NCBI GenBank assembly: GCA_964234715.1
Contig: OZ174279.1
Direction: 5' to 3' (one strand)
Length of the DNA: 64,000 nt
Source: Podarcis melisellensis
Taxonomy: Eukaryota
The notes below the pieces were generated by a model. It was not told the DNA's origin. It was given only the letters and a program-made list of their open reading frames with translations, and did not search any database. The translations under genes and the position numbers were made by a program. Below, in pieces: positions 1 through 11,402 of the stretch. The stretch's first letter is position 1; every line of letters starts with the position of its first letter.

Positions 1-900
1 ATCATATTGTTGCATATATTGCTACCCTTCACCAGAAACATCCAAAGATGAACACAGGCTGAACATTATTTGTAATGGAGTCTGGGAACCCATTTTTAAT
101 TTATGCATCTTTAGGAGGAATCAAGTTTGAAAGTGACAGATGAGAATAAGACAACAGGATTTATTGCCTTTTGTCCGTTATTTCTCTCTAGAGTTGTAGG
201 AAAGGCCAGCTTTTAATGGAGCTTGGGTACTGTTGGGAACACTGAAATATTTGCTCTTTCTTGGTGTATGGCTGACAAAGGAATCCAATAAATATAAACT
301 TGGATTGTAGTCTTGTTTTATGATGGACAATTTGGTGCACGATGGGGACACAAAGTAGATGCAGCAGAAATGAGTAATAGATACCACCCCATAATTAAGA
401 CTCATAATTCACTGTCTGCGTGTTTTTCCTTGCAAGGGGTTTTGGATTCCAGAATTCTCCCTGTAGGGAACCGGATACATATTCACCATGATGGCTAAGA
501 TTGGGCCAGGTTGACATTCTGGTTTTCAGATGCCCACAACTTATTTTGGGAAGTCATCAAAGCTATTGAGCTTATGGATTTTCTGAGTCCAACAGAGCTG
601 GGCTGCCACATCTCCCCATAACTGAATTGCTGACTCTTCCAGTTCTGCTCTGATGTGCATTCCTGTTGCTGTGCAGCTGCCTTGTTGGTGTGAGCTGGAG
701 TTACTTACAATTACAGCTGGTCAGATCAGGCAGCCCTTGCATACCTCAGCAGCCCAATGCATGTGATACACAGCTTGAAAAACATGTATATCGTGCTTCA
801 CGCATCATGATGGAGCCCTGATTTGAATGTAATCCATTGCTTCTCTGAGAAGATGAGCAGAATACAAATGGCAATAGTAATAATTAGATGGGCAAATTAA

Positions 901-1035
901 CAGAAGGTCCCAGGTTCATTCCTCAGCATCTCCAGGTAGACCTGGGGAAAGGTCCCTGTCTGCTCCAGTCATTGTAGACAGTACTGAGCTAGATGAACCA
1001 ATAATCTGATAAAGGACAGCTTCCTTGTGCTCCTG
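901..1035 (+). mobile_element. 5'-truncated squamate tRNA-derived SINE (Squam3-like)
   Basis: CAGAAGGTCCCAGGTTCA...GCATCTCCAGGTAG...GTAGACAGTACTGAGCTAGATG...CAGCTTCC body. Confidence 0.7.
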
Positions 1036-1049
1036 TTCCTGTACGACAA

Positions 1050-1185
1050 ATAGCTCAGTAGAGCACAAGACTCTTGATCTCAGGGTCATGGGTTTGAACC
1101 CCACATTGGGCAAAAGATTTTTGCATTTCCGGGGGGGTTGGATTGAATGACCCTTGTGATCCCTTTCAACTCTGTACTTCAATGA
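1050..1185 (+). mobile_element. tRNA(Lys)-like-headed SINE with CR1-type 3' tail
   Basis: TAGCTCAG A box, GGGTTTGAACCCC B box, then a GGGGTTGGAT..ATGACCCTTGTGATCCCTTTCAACTCT tail. Confidence 0.7.
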
Positions 1186-2339
1186 CAGTCTTAAACTAAC
1201 TTAAGAACAAAATATTAATATACAGCTGATTACTGGAGTAAAGGAGCTATGTATTTTCATGACACAGACTGGGTTTCAGCATATTATTCTTGTACAGTAA
1301 GGTGTCTTTTCCCCCCTTTTCCTTTTTTGCCTAAAAGGTGAACAAGCCTTTGACACTAAAGGAATGTGTTTTGTGTCACACTGTAAAAGCTTGATCCTCG
1401 TAGCCCCAACAGGATACTAAAACGTCTGAATGAATTTCTTTGTCCTCATGCTAATATTCCTGACCCAAATACTTTAAAAGGAAATAAATGTGATTAGAGG
1501 GAAAGGGGTTTTCAGCATATAGCTTCACGATAAGGCACAGCAGTGAGAATTCTTAAAACTTTTTTTGTTTTAAGAACCACTTTACTATTACACGTTTTCA
1601 ATAACATTTTTCTTCAAGGCTCCCCCCCCCCCAGCATCTACCATCCTGGCTGTTTGTGTCACTGACTTAATTTGTATCGACTTCAGCAACCCCAAGCCCT
1701 GTACAATTAGGCCATCTAGTCTGGCCTCCGCATGAACACAGTCTCACACATTTCAAAAGATTAGTGTGCTCAATAGAATAGTGCCAGTCATTACAGTGTG
1801 CCACAGACCGAGTGCACAGCAGATGTGTGCTGTGCAAGTTATTACTTTTGAATAAGAATGTATCTGTTGCAATTAAAGGATTCAACTAGTAGTACAACAG
1901 CGGTGAGGAAAAACCAAGAAGCCTCAAACCGAGCAATTGTATCACTCAGCATGGGTGAGCTGACCAGGGTTTCATGCAAATTTTCATTCTTAGAAAGGAC
2001 GAAGTTTAGTTTCTGTGAAAATATCCATCTTTTTTGGGGGGGGGGACTTTAAACACTCTCCCTTGTTGGACAGAATGCCAGTATACCCCATAGTCTCTAA
2101 ATTTTCGAAAATCAGTAAAAATGCTTGTGATGGGATTGTTCTCAGAGCTACAGCTGCGCATAAGGAATGTGGCTTGGTTGTTCCACAAGAACAGATATCT
2201 GCCAGTACTGTTATAAACTGAACTTTCCCCGCTTTCCATTTTCTCATACAAATAGGATTCTGGCCCTTTAAAATAAAGCACTTTCCCAGCAACACAGATT
2301 CTCATGGGAAATCATTAAAATATAATATACTTAACATTT

Positions 2340-2718
2340 GTAAAAGTAAAGGGCGCCAGGATGGTTAAGTCCAGTTGAATTCGACTGTGGGGTGTGGTGC
2401 TCATCTCTGCTTTCAGGCCAAGGGAGTCGGCGTTTGTCTGCAGACAGCTTTTCCAGCTCATTTGGCCAGCATGATTTAACTGCTTCTGGCACATGGAACA
2501 CTGTGACGAGTGCCAGAGCGCACGGAAATGCCATTTACCTTCCTGCCGCAGCAGTACCTATTTATCTACTCGCACTGATATGCTTTAAAACTGCTAGGAT
2601 AGCAGGAACTGGGACAGAGCAACGGGAGCTGACCCCGCCATGGGGATTTGAACTGCTTCCCTTATGATCTGCAAGCCCACAAGGCTCAGTGGTATAGACC
2701 ACAGTGCCATCGCGTCCC
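2340..2718 (-). mobile_element. Sauria SINE, full length, diverged
   Basis: The reverse complement begins GGGACGCGATGGCACTGTGG and contains the GTAGATAAATAGGTAC core. Homologous to 39823..40172. Confidence 0.88.
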
Positions 2719-2864
2719 TCTAAACATTTCCAAGTGTTCAAATCCTTCACATATGTTATTTGAGTGTAATTGTTGCAATAACCCTGTAAGGTTAAGTATT
2801 TATATCTCCTATATTGCTGATGAGACTGAAAGAGTGAGGCTTGTCTGAGGTGGCCTAGTGAATA

Positions 2865-3123
2865 CCGTATTTTTCGCTCTATAAGATGCACCAGACCACA
2901 AGACACACCTCGTTTTTGGAGGAGGAAAACAAGAAAAAATATATTCTGAATCTCAGAAGCCAGAACAGCAAGAGGGATCCCTGCGCAGTGAAAGCAGCGA
3001 TCCTTCTTGCTGTTCTGGCTTCTGGGATAGCTGCGCAGCCTGTATTCGCTACATAAGACGCACACACATTTCCCCTTACTTTTTAGAAGGGAAAAAGTGA
3101 GTCTTATAGAGCAAAAAATACGG
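2865..3123. mobile_element. Tc1/mariner (pogo/Tigger-like) MITE
   Basis: TIRs CCGTATTTTTCGCTCTATAAGA / TCTTATAGAGCAAAAAATACGG, flanked by TA target-site duplications. Confidence 0.88.
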
Positions 3124-5898
3124 TAAATGATGGAGGCAAAATCTGAACATGGGACTTCTTGATTCATAGCTCAGTCTCTTATCCTCTACTAGACTACTGT
3201 ACTTCACATAACCTACATAGATCTTATCCCCTCCCCCTGCCCAATTGTTTCCAAGGGGGGGTAGGGAATGAGCCTGGGTTTAATTTTCAATAGTTCAGAA
3301 TGTGAACTCCTAGTTGAGTGTTAATCTCTTTCCATGTGAGGGGAAATATAAATGGGGTTATAGCATGGGAAAGCATACAAATCTGAGGGCTGCTCCTGAT
3401 CTCTCTCTGGAGAAAATCTAGGATGAAAGAGTAATAACTTTCTGAGGTGATCCAATTTTTCAGTTCTTAACAGATGATATAGGGTTATTGCAAAAAGGAA
3501 GCTGCAGAGAGCAAGCGAAACAGGAGTACTTGCTATACAGAAGTTAAGTTTGGCAGAGTCAAATAGTCAGCCTTTATTTTAAAAAGAACTAACACTGTGT
3601 GTGCATGTTCACAGCTTTTATTCATACTTTGGAGCTCTCAAAGGTGTTCTGAAATGTTAAAATCCTCTGTGTGTCTGCTGCTGTTCTGTGCATCAGCTTT
3701 TAATGTTAAACCATTCAGTTTCCAGACACTCAGGTTCTAATAGTGCCATGGGTTCTTGATCTTCAAAGCAATGAACAAACAAGACGGTTGGATAGGATTT
3801 TAAAAGCTGAAAAGCACCCTGGTCACTGTTAATCCAGCTTTCCCATATTTGTCAGGAATGTTTCCTCATAGTTTTCAGTCCAAGGATCATGGACGACTTC
3901 TTCATATACTTAATTCTTAGGGCACAATCTAGAAGAGACTGATACAAGACGTTTGCTTGAAAATTCACCCAACATAAATAAATTTATGCTGGTCAACATG
4001 TCTGCTGTGCAGACAATTGTGAAATCTGTTACCTGACCTGGTCATGCGTGCCTCTACCAAAGACTTCCATATCTGGGTAGGATTACCTTGCCCAGAAACA
4101 GCAGGTCCTCTACCTGAAGGTTCTGCTAGACCCTGCTCTGTCTCTTGAGGTCCTTTGTAGCTTCTGAGGCACACAGCACCTTAGCAGCTATAACTGGTCC
4201 ACCAGCTGCAACTGCTTCTGCACGGAGATAGTTAAGCCATGATTATCCATGAACTAATACTATGTAGCCACCTCAAGTGCTTTTGACTGGCTGTAATGTG
4301 TCATTGATCTGTAATAACACTTTTTGCTTGAGTAGATGGAAGGCAGTGTGAGTAGGCTCTGATTTTTGTGTGCTTGGAATGTAACCTACTGTACAAAGGT
4401 GAGAGTTGCATCCATTGTTCCACCCACTTTGCTTCTGGCCCCACCCACCCATGTGGTCCCAAGGTTGCCCACGAGTGAATGTGTCCCTTAGGTGCCAGTG
4501 CTTAGCTTGTAAAGGTCCTAAACAACTGCAGACCTATAAAGAAGCACCTTCTCCCATAACCAGTCAATGCCCTTGTCCAGGTTCCTCCAGCACTGTCCTC
4601 TAGGGAAAAGGTTTGTCAGCTGTAGCCTCCTAGCTGTGGAATTTCATCTCAAAAGGAGGCACACCTGGGGGCGAACACCACTCTTTTGGACTCCAGAGAA
4701 AATGTTTTTTATTCACTTAGACATTTCAAGTTCTATTTCTGTTCTTTTATCTGCTATAAATTTTATTTGTGATATTCCTCCATCCCCTGCCAGCTCAACC
4801 ACACCTTTTTGTAAACCATTCTGCACACCATTTTGATGAATGGCATAAGCATATTTTAAAATGCATAAATGCATTAAAGTGCTGCTGCTAGGAAGAAGTT
4901 GGACCATTTGTCATACCATGTGTCTGTATAAATACACAATGTATTAGATAGCTAGATAGTATTTTTGGAACAGAATTGTATTTTATAGTTGATTTTAAGT
5001 AAACTAAATGAAAATCCAAATGGTGACCTTCCACATTACCCACCAACTGAATTTTAGTCTTGTGCCTGTTTGATTTCTGGTGGAGAGCTGTGCGCCATTG
5101 GACAGTGTTGACATCTGAGGCAACATTTTCACCTTGCCTATTCATAGAGAGCTGCTGCTGAGTTCATGCTGTCGCTGCTCTTGGAGAGGGAGGGAATGGC
5201 CCAAGCTTTCAGGAACCAAAAGAGTCATGCATAAGTAATGCATCTCAGGCATGTTTGTTGGATTTTGTGGCATGTCCTCAGTACAAGTAAGCGCACAATG
5301 ACTGGACAGTTCAGACATGTTGCAGCCTCTTAAAAACAAATTCTAGACAAAGTTGTTTGGTGAAATAAAGGGTGACATAAATGTGCCATTTTTGAGCCAC
5401 ACATCACTGGCAAGTGTTTGAAACAGGATATTGAGCTGGTCAGCCTATGTATGCTGGAGACTCATATTTGAAGCATCCCTAATGAAAACTGCATTATTAT
5501 TATTTTTAAAAAACTATTTTTATTCAATACAACAATGTAGGGTTTTCCCCCCTGTTCCAGCAGAAATGTTTTCTTTTTCCTGATTTAGTGGAGGGCAGCG
5601 AGGTGAATCCCAATCATGCTAGAGTCAACATAGTTTTCACCCGTGATATTTCAAGAGATTGAAATGTCCCCACAGGAGTTCTTTGCCAAGACCTGTGGAT
5701 TTTCTTTTTCTTTTACAGAAGTCCTTTGTTACACTGATTCACAGCCTTAATGCATTGGGAAGTGGGGCGGGGGATGGGCATAGGTCAGAAGCAATAATAA
5801 CAATAAAAAAGGCAACTGATGCCTTTGCACGCTTCATAGACGTGGATTGAACCTGCAGACAAAGGCGTGTTTGGGGAAGCAATAATAGTCTGCTAGAG

Positions 5899-6034
5899 CA
5901 GTGTTTCCCAACCTTGTGCCTCCAGCTGTTTTTGAACTACAACTCCCATCATCCCTGACTATCAAGACCAGTGGCAAGGGATGATGGGAATTGTAGTCCA
6001 AAAACAGCTGGAGGCACAAGGTTGGGAAACACTG
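5899..6034. mobile_element. Palindromic hAT-type MITE, young copy
   Basis: Near-perfect inverted arms (CAGTGTTTCCCAACCTTGTGCCTCCAGCTGTTTTT...) and an 8-bp TSD TGCTAGAG at 5891-5898 and 6035-6042. Confidence 0.92.
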
Positions 6035-6591
6035 TGCTAGAGTGTTTCTGTCAAAAGCATTTGTTCATGTTGGTGTCCCCGTCCCTGGCTAGAGATAACT
6101 TTATTTGCAACAAGCTTGGCAGAAAAATAATAACCTGGGAACAGTATTTAGTAGAAATCATTTGGCTGTCTCCAGGTGTAGTAATAGGCAAATAAGTTCC
6201 AGAGAGAAAGGTATGTTCGAAGCAGCTGCATGCTGTTTCCCATTGTAGTCAGGAAGACTAAAACCTCATTGGCATTCTGCAGAGATAACAGAAGCGAATC
6301 CGGTCCATCAAACCACTTGAGCTGTCAGGAGCAACACTGGGGGCTTTTCACCCGCAGCCCACACAGGCTTTATTGTACGGAGAAAGCGATTTAAGTGAAT
6401 GTAATAGGAATGCAAATCCAGCAGTTGCACTTCGTTGCTTTAAGGGAAACCCTCTCTTGTGAATCTAGCAGTTTGCTGCTTTGCAAGGATCTGTGCGTTT
6501 TCCTTTTGAGTCTGGCGAAGTCAGGGAAGACCTTCATCTTCTCTACTGTGCATCTATCTGGACGGCTTCTAGACTGCTTCCTCAGGAGGAA

Positions 6592-6710
6592 ATGGCTTTC
6601 ACCTCATGGCAAATTTTGTCCCCCATGCAGTGGACGCGTTGGATGTGGACAGCTGTGAGAAGCAGCGGAGACTACAGTCTCCAAGCCATGCAGCGAATCG
6701 CTGGAAATAG
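6592..6710 (+). CDS. TACC2: TACC2 alternative first coding exon encoding a TACC1-like N-terminus (MAFTSWQILSPMQWTRWMWTAVRSSGDYSLQAMQRIAGN-R), GC donor
   Basis: Strong Kozak context (gaaATGG). The peptide closely resembles the human TACC1 N-terminus as I recall it (MAFSPWQILSPVQWAKWTWSAVR). The AG|GCAAGT donor is phase 2 and joins in frame to the phase-2 acceptor at 8418 (AG+G = Arg, then SSDSEEAF). Confidence 0.8.
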
Positions 6711-7230
6711 GCAAGTCAGCCCTAGTCCTGTCTTTCAGGAAACTGTCACACCATTAAATTCATTTTATCAAAGGCCAGAAGGAAAAGCTGCCATTTGACT
6801 AGCTGAAATGCTTGCCTAAGCAGTTTTCAAGGCAATAGTGTACTACATTGTTTGACTGGATTTTTTTAAAAAAATATCCATATATATATATAATCTCCAT
6901 TTATATATATTTGTATTTCAGTGTTCCTCATCCCATTCCAGTTCATTAAAGGAAACAAGATCCATTCAGCTTTAATTCTAGAAAGACTACATCCTTGATC
7001 GATTGTCTGCTTATTTAAATTTTGTTACGCAGCAGAGACTCAGTTGAGACTTGTATTTCACCATCCCCATTAATCCATCACATCTTTATTTTATCAATGT
7101 TTCTGTTTCTGCCTTGCATATGATAACATAGGCTCCACTTTGCATCCTCATGTTTCACTTGTTTGCTGTCATCATATTCCTTCTGGATTATTGTTACTAA
7201 TTATTATTATTATTGTTAGGCTGCCTACCT

Positions 7231-7378
7231 CCGGTACACTCAAAGTACATTTTTCCTCCAAAGAATCCTGGGAACTGTAGTTTGTTAGGGTTTCTGGGAG
7301 TTGTAGTTCTTTGTGGGGTAAACAACAATTCCCAGGGTTTTTTTTGGGGGGGTGCTTTAAACATATGGTGTGTATACA
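7231..7378. mobile_element. Palindromic MITE-like repeat (CTGGGAACTGTAGTT family)
   Basis: Degenerate inverted arms with GGGAACTGTAGTTT / AAACAACAATTCCCAGG cores. Confidence 0.55.
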
Positions 7379-8417
7379 GTCTAAGTTTGGGACAATGTGT
7401 TTGGTGGAAGTGTGATCTGGATAAACTGTATAGCAAGGTTCATAGATTAAAAATAAGACCTTGAATGAAAGAATTCTGATGGGAGATGGGGTCTCATTTC
7501 AGATAGTGAAATGGGCACAGAGGTTTTGGCAGGAGGAGGGTTGGTGGAGGGGAAGCAAGATTCAGGAAGATCCATCAATTTGCTTTTGAAAATATTTTAA
7601 GTTTAATTATAGAAGAGCTGCATGCATTAAGAGCATTTGTTGTGATTCTAGCTACAGTATCACCAGGGAAGTGCAATCAGGCACCTCTCTCCCAGTTTAA
7701 GGAAAGGAATTTGTTTAATTTGCCTGAATAGCTATTGATAGTACACAACTTGCGAGTGAGCTGCAAATACAGATAGCATTTGTGGTATGAAGTAAGGAGG
7801 CTAGTGTGAAAAATGGGAATTCCCCATCACCCTAAATGGTGCCTCCCCACCCCATCTGAAAGGCTAGGCAGCACCCAATGTTACTCAAAGCCTGTGTTCT
7901 CTTGTTTTGTAGGAACTCACACTCTGCTGCATATCAAGGTAGATTGAACCGGGATTTAAAAGAGCTTTATGCAACTCTCTTAAGGGTATTTCCTTATTAG
8001 GTTTGCTTGCGCTTGTGCCAAGGAAAATTCCAGCATCTCATTGAAAGGTCCCATTGGCATTGTTTTAGTTTGCCTGGGCTGAAGCCTCCTTTATGTTGAA
8101 AAGGCAGGCTTTTCCAGGCAGTATTTTCTTTATCCTGTGTGCATGTTTGCTTTTGTGACGCCTTGACATCTTTCATGTCAGTATTTCTTCAGGGTGAACC
8201 TGGAAACATGATATTCTGTTCCAGAAATCATGCTGCAAAAGGAAGCTCAATATCTCTGAGAAATGCAGAGGTATTCTGGCCTCAAATAGAGCGCTCTGCG
8301 TTTTCCAAGTATCGTTTGTTGTGTTCTGTTTTGTGCAGGTGATTTTGAAGAAGTATCCTGTATGTCCCTTTCTTTTCTTTTCTTTTTTTACACCTGTATT
8401 TCTTTGTTTGTGTCCAG

Positions 8418-8566
8418 GAGTTCAGACTCTGAAGAAGCCTTTGAGACACCAGAATCTACAACTCCTGTGAAGGCTGCACCTGTGCTACCACAACCACCGC
8501 CAGAAGTTGCAGTGTTTGACATAGAGGAACAGGAAGTAAGACCTCAGCTTCCATCCGAGGACACAG
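8418..8566 (+). CDS. TACC2: TACC2 exon (SSDSEEAFETPESTTPVKAAP...PSEDT)
   Basis: Polypyrimidine tract and tccag| acceptor; G|gtaac donor. SSDSEEAFETPESTTPVK is a hallmark TACC2 motif. Confidence 0.95.
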
Positions 8567-11267
8567 GTAACAATTACACAATGCATGGGATGGGCTTCTC
8601 AGAGTATTTTGGTCACCAGGGCATAGCTCCCTCTGCTTCCTGCAAATGATGGTGTCATTTAGTTTTTTTTGAGATGAAGCTGCATGTTTTAAGTTTGGAG
8701 ACAGTCTCTAAGGAAAGGATCAGAGCTGTAAAATTTCTTGGGAGCTCTGAAGGAGCTGGGTAGCACCCCCCCAAAAAAAATCCAATAGTGGAGGAGGATC
8801 TGTTGGAGTGTTAATGGTATAAACCTCCATGTTTTGCTCAGCCTGTATATATGTTTAAATAAACCACATATCACAAAATTGGCACAAACCTTCTGTGAAC
8901 CTCTTCTAAAAGAAACTGAAACCTGAATTCATGCTGCACCCCTGAGGGTAACACTATGAACCCAGCTGCTGGTTTTTCTGTTGAACTGGAGTTCTCCTCC
9001 CATCCCTCTTGTGCCACAGTGACTAGATGGTCTCTAAGCTATTATACTATTTTAATCCACTATGGGACTCCACCTACTCACTACTTGGCTTCTTCAGTAG
9101 ATATACAGAATAGAGGCTAAGGAGTCAGTCCCTGCATATTTTCTTGCAGCACAGCATCCACAGACTACACTACTAGTATTTTGTGTGTTGTACAAGCTTA
9201 TACCAACTTGCAAAGTCTTAGGACAGTAATTTTGGTATCTCCTACTTAGAACCACCAAGCTGTGGCTGTAAAGATAAGGCACCAGAAATTGTGGGCTCAC
9301 TGTTGTGCTCTTTATTCCAGCAGCAAACCTCTGATATCAGTAGAAGCCACTCAAGAAGTTAGTGCTGAATGTCTGGGCACATCTCAGTTGCTTGGGACAT
9401 GGGAGAAGGCTAATGGTCTTAGTCAGATATCCTTAGTTTTCTCTCTAAAGCTCAAGGAAGTCAGGATAAACTAGTCAAAGCAGGCAGCTGTACATGATTT
9501 GGTTACATCTCCTTGATGCGTGTGCACAGGCTTTTTTAAGGATCAGCATCATTTGTTCACATTTTATATGATTACTACAAGAAAGACATGCAGCGGTGGC
9601 ATGCAAACACACAAAGTGTGAAGAGGCCTTTTACTATTGGGATTTTCCAGCAGGATACACATACCACCCCCTGTTTATCATTTGTCTTTTCCACGTTTCA
9701 CATAGCTTTGTATTTATTGTTATCTGAACAAAAAAGAAGTCAATTTCCACCATTTGCCAGAGAAATGTAAATGAGGAAGGAAGATCACATATGCTAAATA
9801 GGATTTGGAGTGCAGTCTTTAATTACAGAACTAGACTGTAATTCATTCTAAACTCCCTGATTCTTCACATCCTTTTTGGCTTCCCCTCTGTCTCTTTTTC
9901 TTCAGTCCCCCTCTCCTCTCATTCCACCTGCCCACCCTTAGGGGAAAGTGCCTCTGCCTGTAGTTACTATAATGCACTGTGCTATATTCATAGTTGTATA
10001 CTTTGAAAATTCTCCTGAGATAAAGGAAGTAACCTGGACTTGCTCTACAAAGCACAATGTTTTCATGTTTCAGTTATGTTTTATAACACCCCTATTTTTT
10101 TACCTTTACCCTGTGGTCCTTTTGGAGGATCTCCTATTACTGGTTAAATAGGTTAAATAGCGCAGTCAGTACAGCATAAGACTCTATCTCAGGCATGCCC
10201 ACTTGGAGCCACATGTTGAAGGCAGCTCTGTTGCAAAGCTCTTGATGCAAAAACTCATGTTTTTGCCTTGGTGACCATCTCAGTTCCCAAAGTCTAGTAT
10301 GTTCTTTGCCAGACTCTATGTGTAAGATGTATATGTTCCTTAATGCAACAGCGAAACTCCAGCCTCTGCAATTAAATGTCATGAGCAGCAAAATGCCTTT
10401 GTTGAGTCTGCTTTGAAGTTAAAGGGCAACATTCCTTTCATTTCTGACTCAGTTCTGGTGTCAAAAGGCTAGGGTGTAAAGAAGCTTTCTATAGCCACAA
10501 AGCTGCATTGTTTGATCATTTGAGTCTCCCTGCAATAGCCCTTCTGCCAGATTTTCCTCTCTACATTAATACATGTCACAGGGTTCTTACAGTGGTGTCA
10601 TAATGCTATAGTTAACAAAAGCCCACATTTTCTAAGCCTTGCATGCACTCCTAAAGCTGTAGTTACATGCACCGTAAATGACTCTGGAATAGGCTAGTAG
10701 ATGACTTATAGAATTGGGCAATTTGTATCTTCTTTTTTTAGTAATAATTTGAGTAACCTGTTGTGAGTGTGGAGGAATGGTTTGAGAAGTCACATTTTTG
10801 CTTGTTTCATCTGACAGGAATGGGGAACCACTCAGCTGGTTTGGGCCAAATTTGGTGCTCTCCAAGCTGGTTGTCAGGCAGTTGGAAAGCACTGAGCAAG
10901 GGACTTGGACAGGTGGGGCAGCACAGCTTACCTGTCAACCATTTGACATCATAAGGACATTGGGTGATTATCTGGAGGATAGTTTCCCCCCACCATCAAA
11001 GTTGGCCCACAGAGGAGTGAAAAGGATCTGGCTTGCCATGCCAAAATTGTCACTCACTCTTGCATTAGGTTAATCCATAGTTTAACAAAAATTATGATTT
11101 AATGCATATACGTGCTTCGCTCCTCTCACGCTGCTGACTGTGCCCTGTAAGGGAGGAAACAAGCCACAGTCTGGCTTGCCTGCGGAAGCCCAGGATCGGG
11201 GCTTGTTTCCTCCAAACCAGCCATGAGTGGTAAGCCAAGGACAACACTTATGTTAAACTATGGCTTA

Positions 11268-11402
11268 ATCACAGAATCATAGAATTGGAAGGAGCCCTGA
11301 CGATCATCTAGTCCAGTGCAGGAATATGCAGCTGTCCCATACAGGGATCAAAATTGCAACCTTGGCTTTGTCAGCACCACACTCTAACCAACAGAGCTAT
11401 CC
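11268..11402 (-). mobile_element. tRNA(Ile)-like-headed SINE with CR1-type tail
   Basis: Reverse complement reads GGATAGCTCTGTTGGTTAGAGTGTGGTGCTGACAAAGCCAAGG...GGACTAGATGATC...CTTCCAATTCTATGATTCT. Confidence 0.75.

Noticed and set aside
2562-3167. 201-aa minus-strand ORF
   Set aside because: It spans a MITE and a Sauria SINE and has no recognisable protein features.
7913-7938. 26-nt segment with a good acceptor and AAG|GTAGAT donor; same phases (2 to 1) as exon 8418-8566
   Set aside because: The donor is weak, it frameshifts if included together with the next exon, and it has no recognisable homology. Mutual exclusivity cannot be supported without reads.
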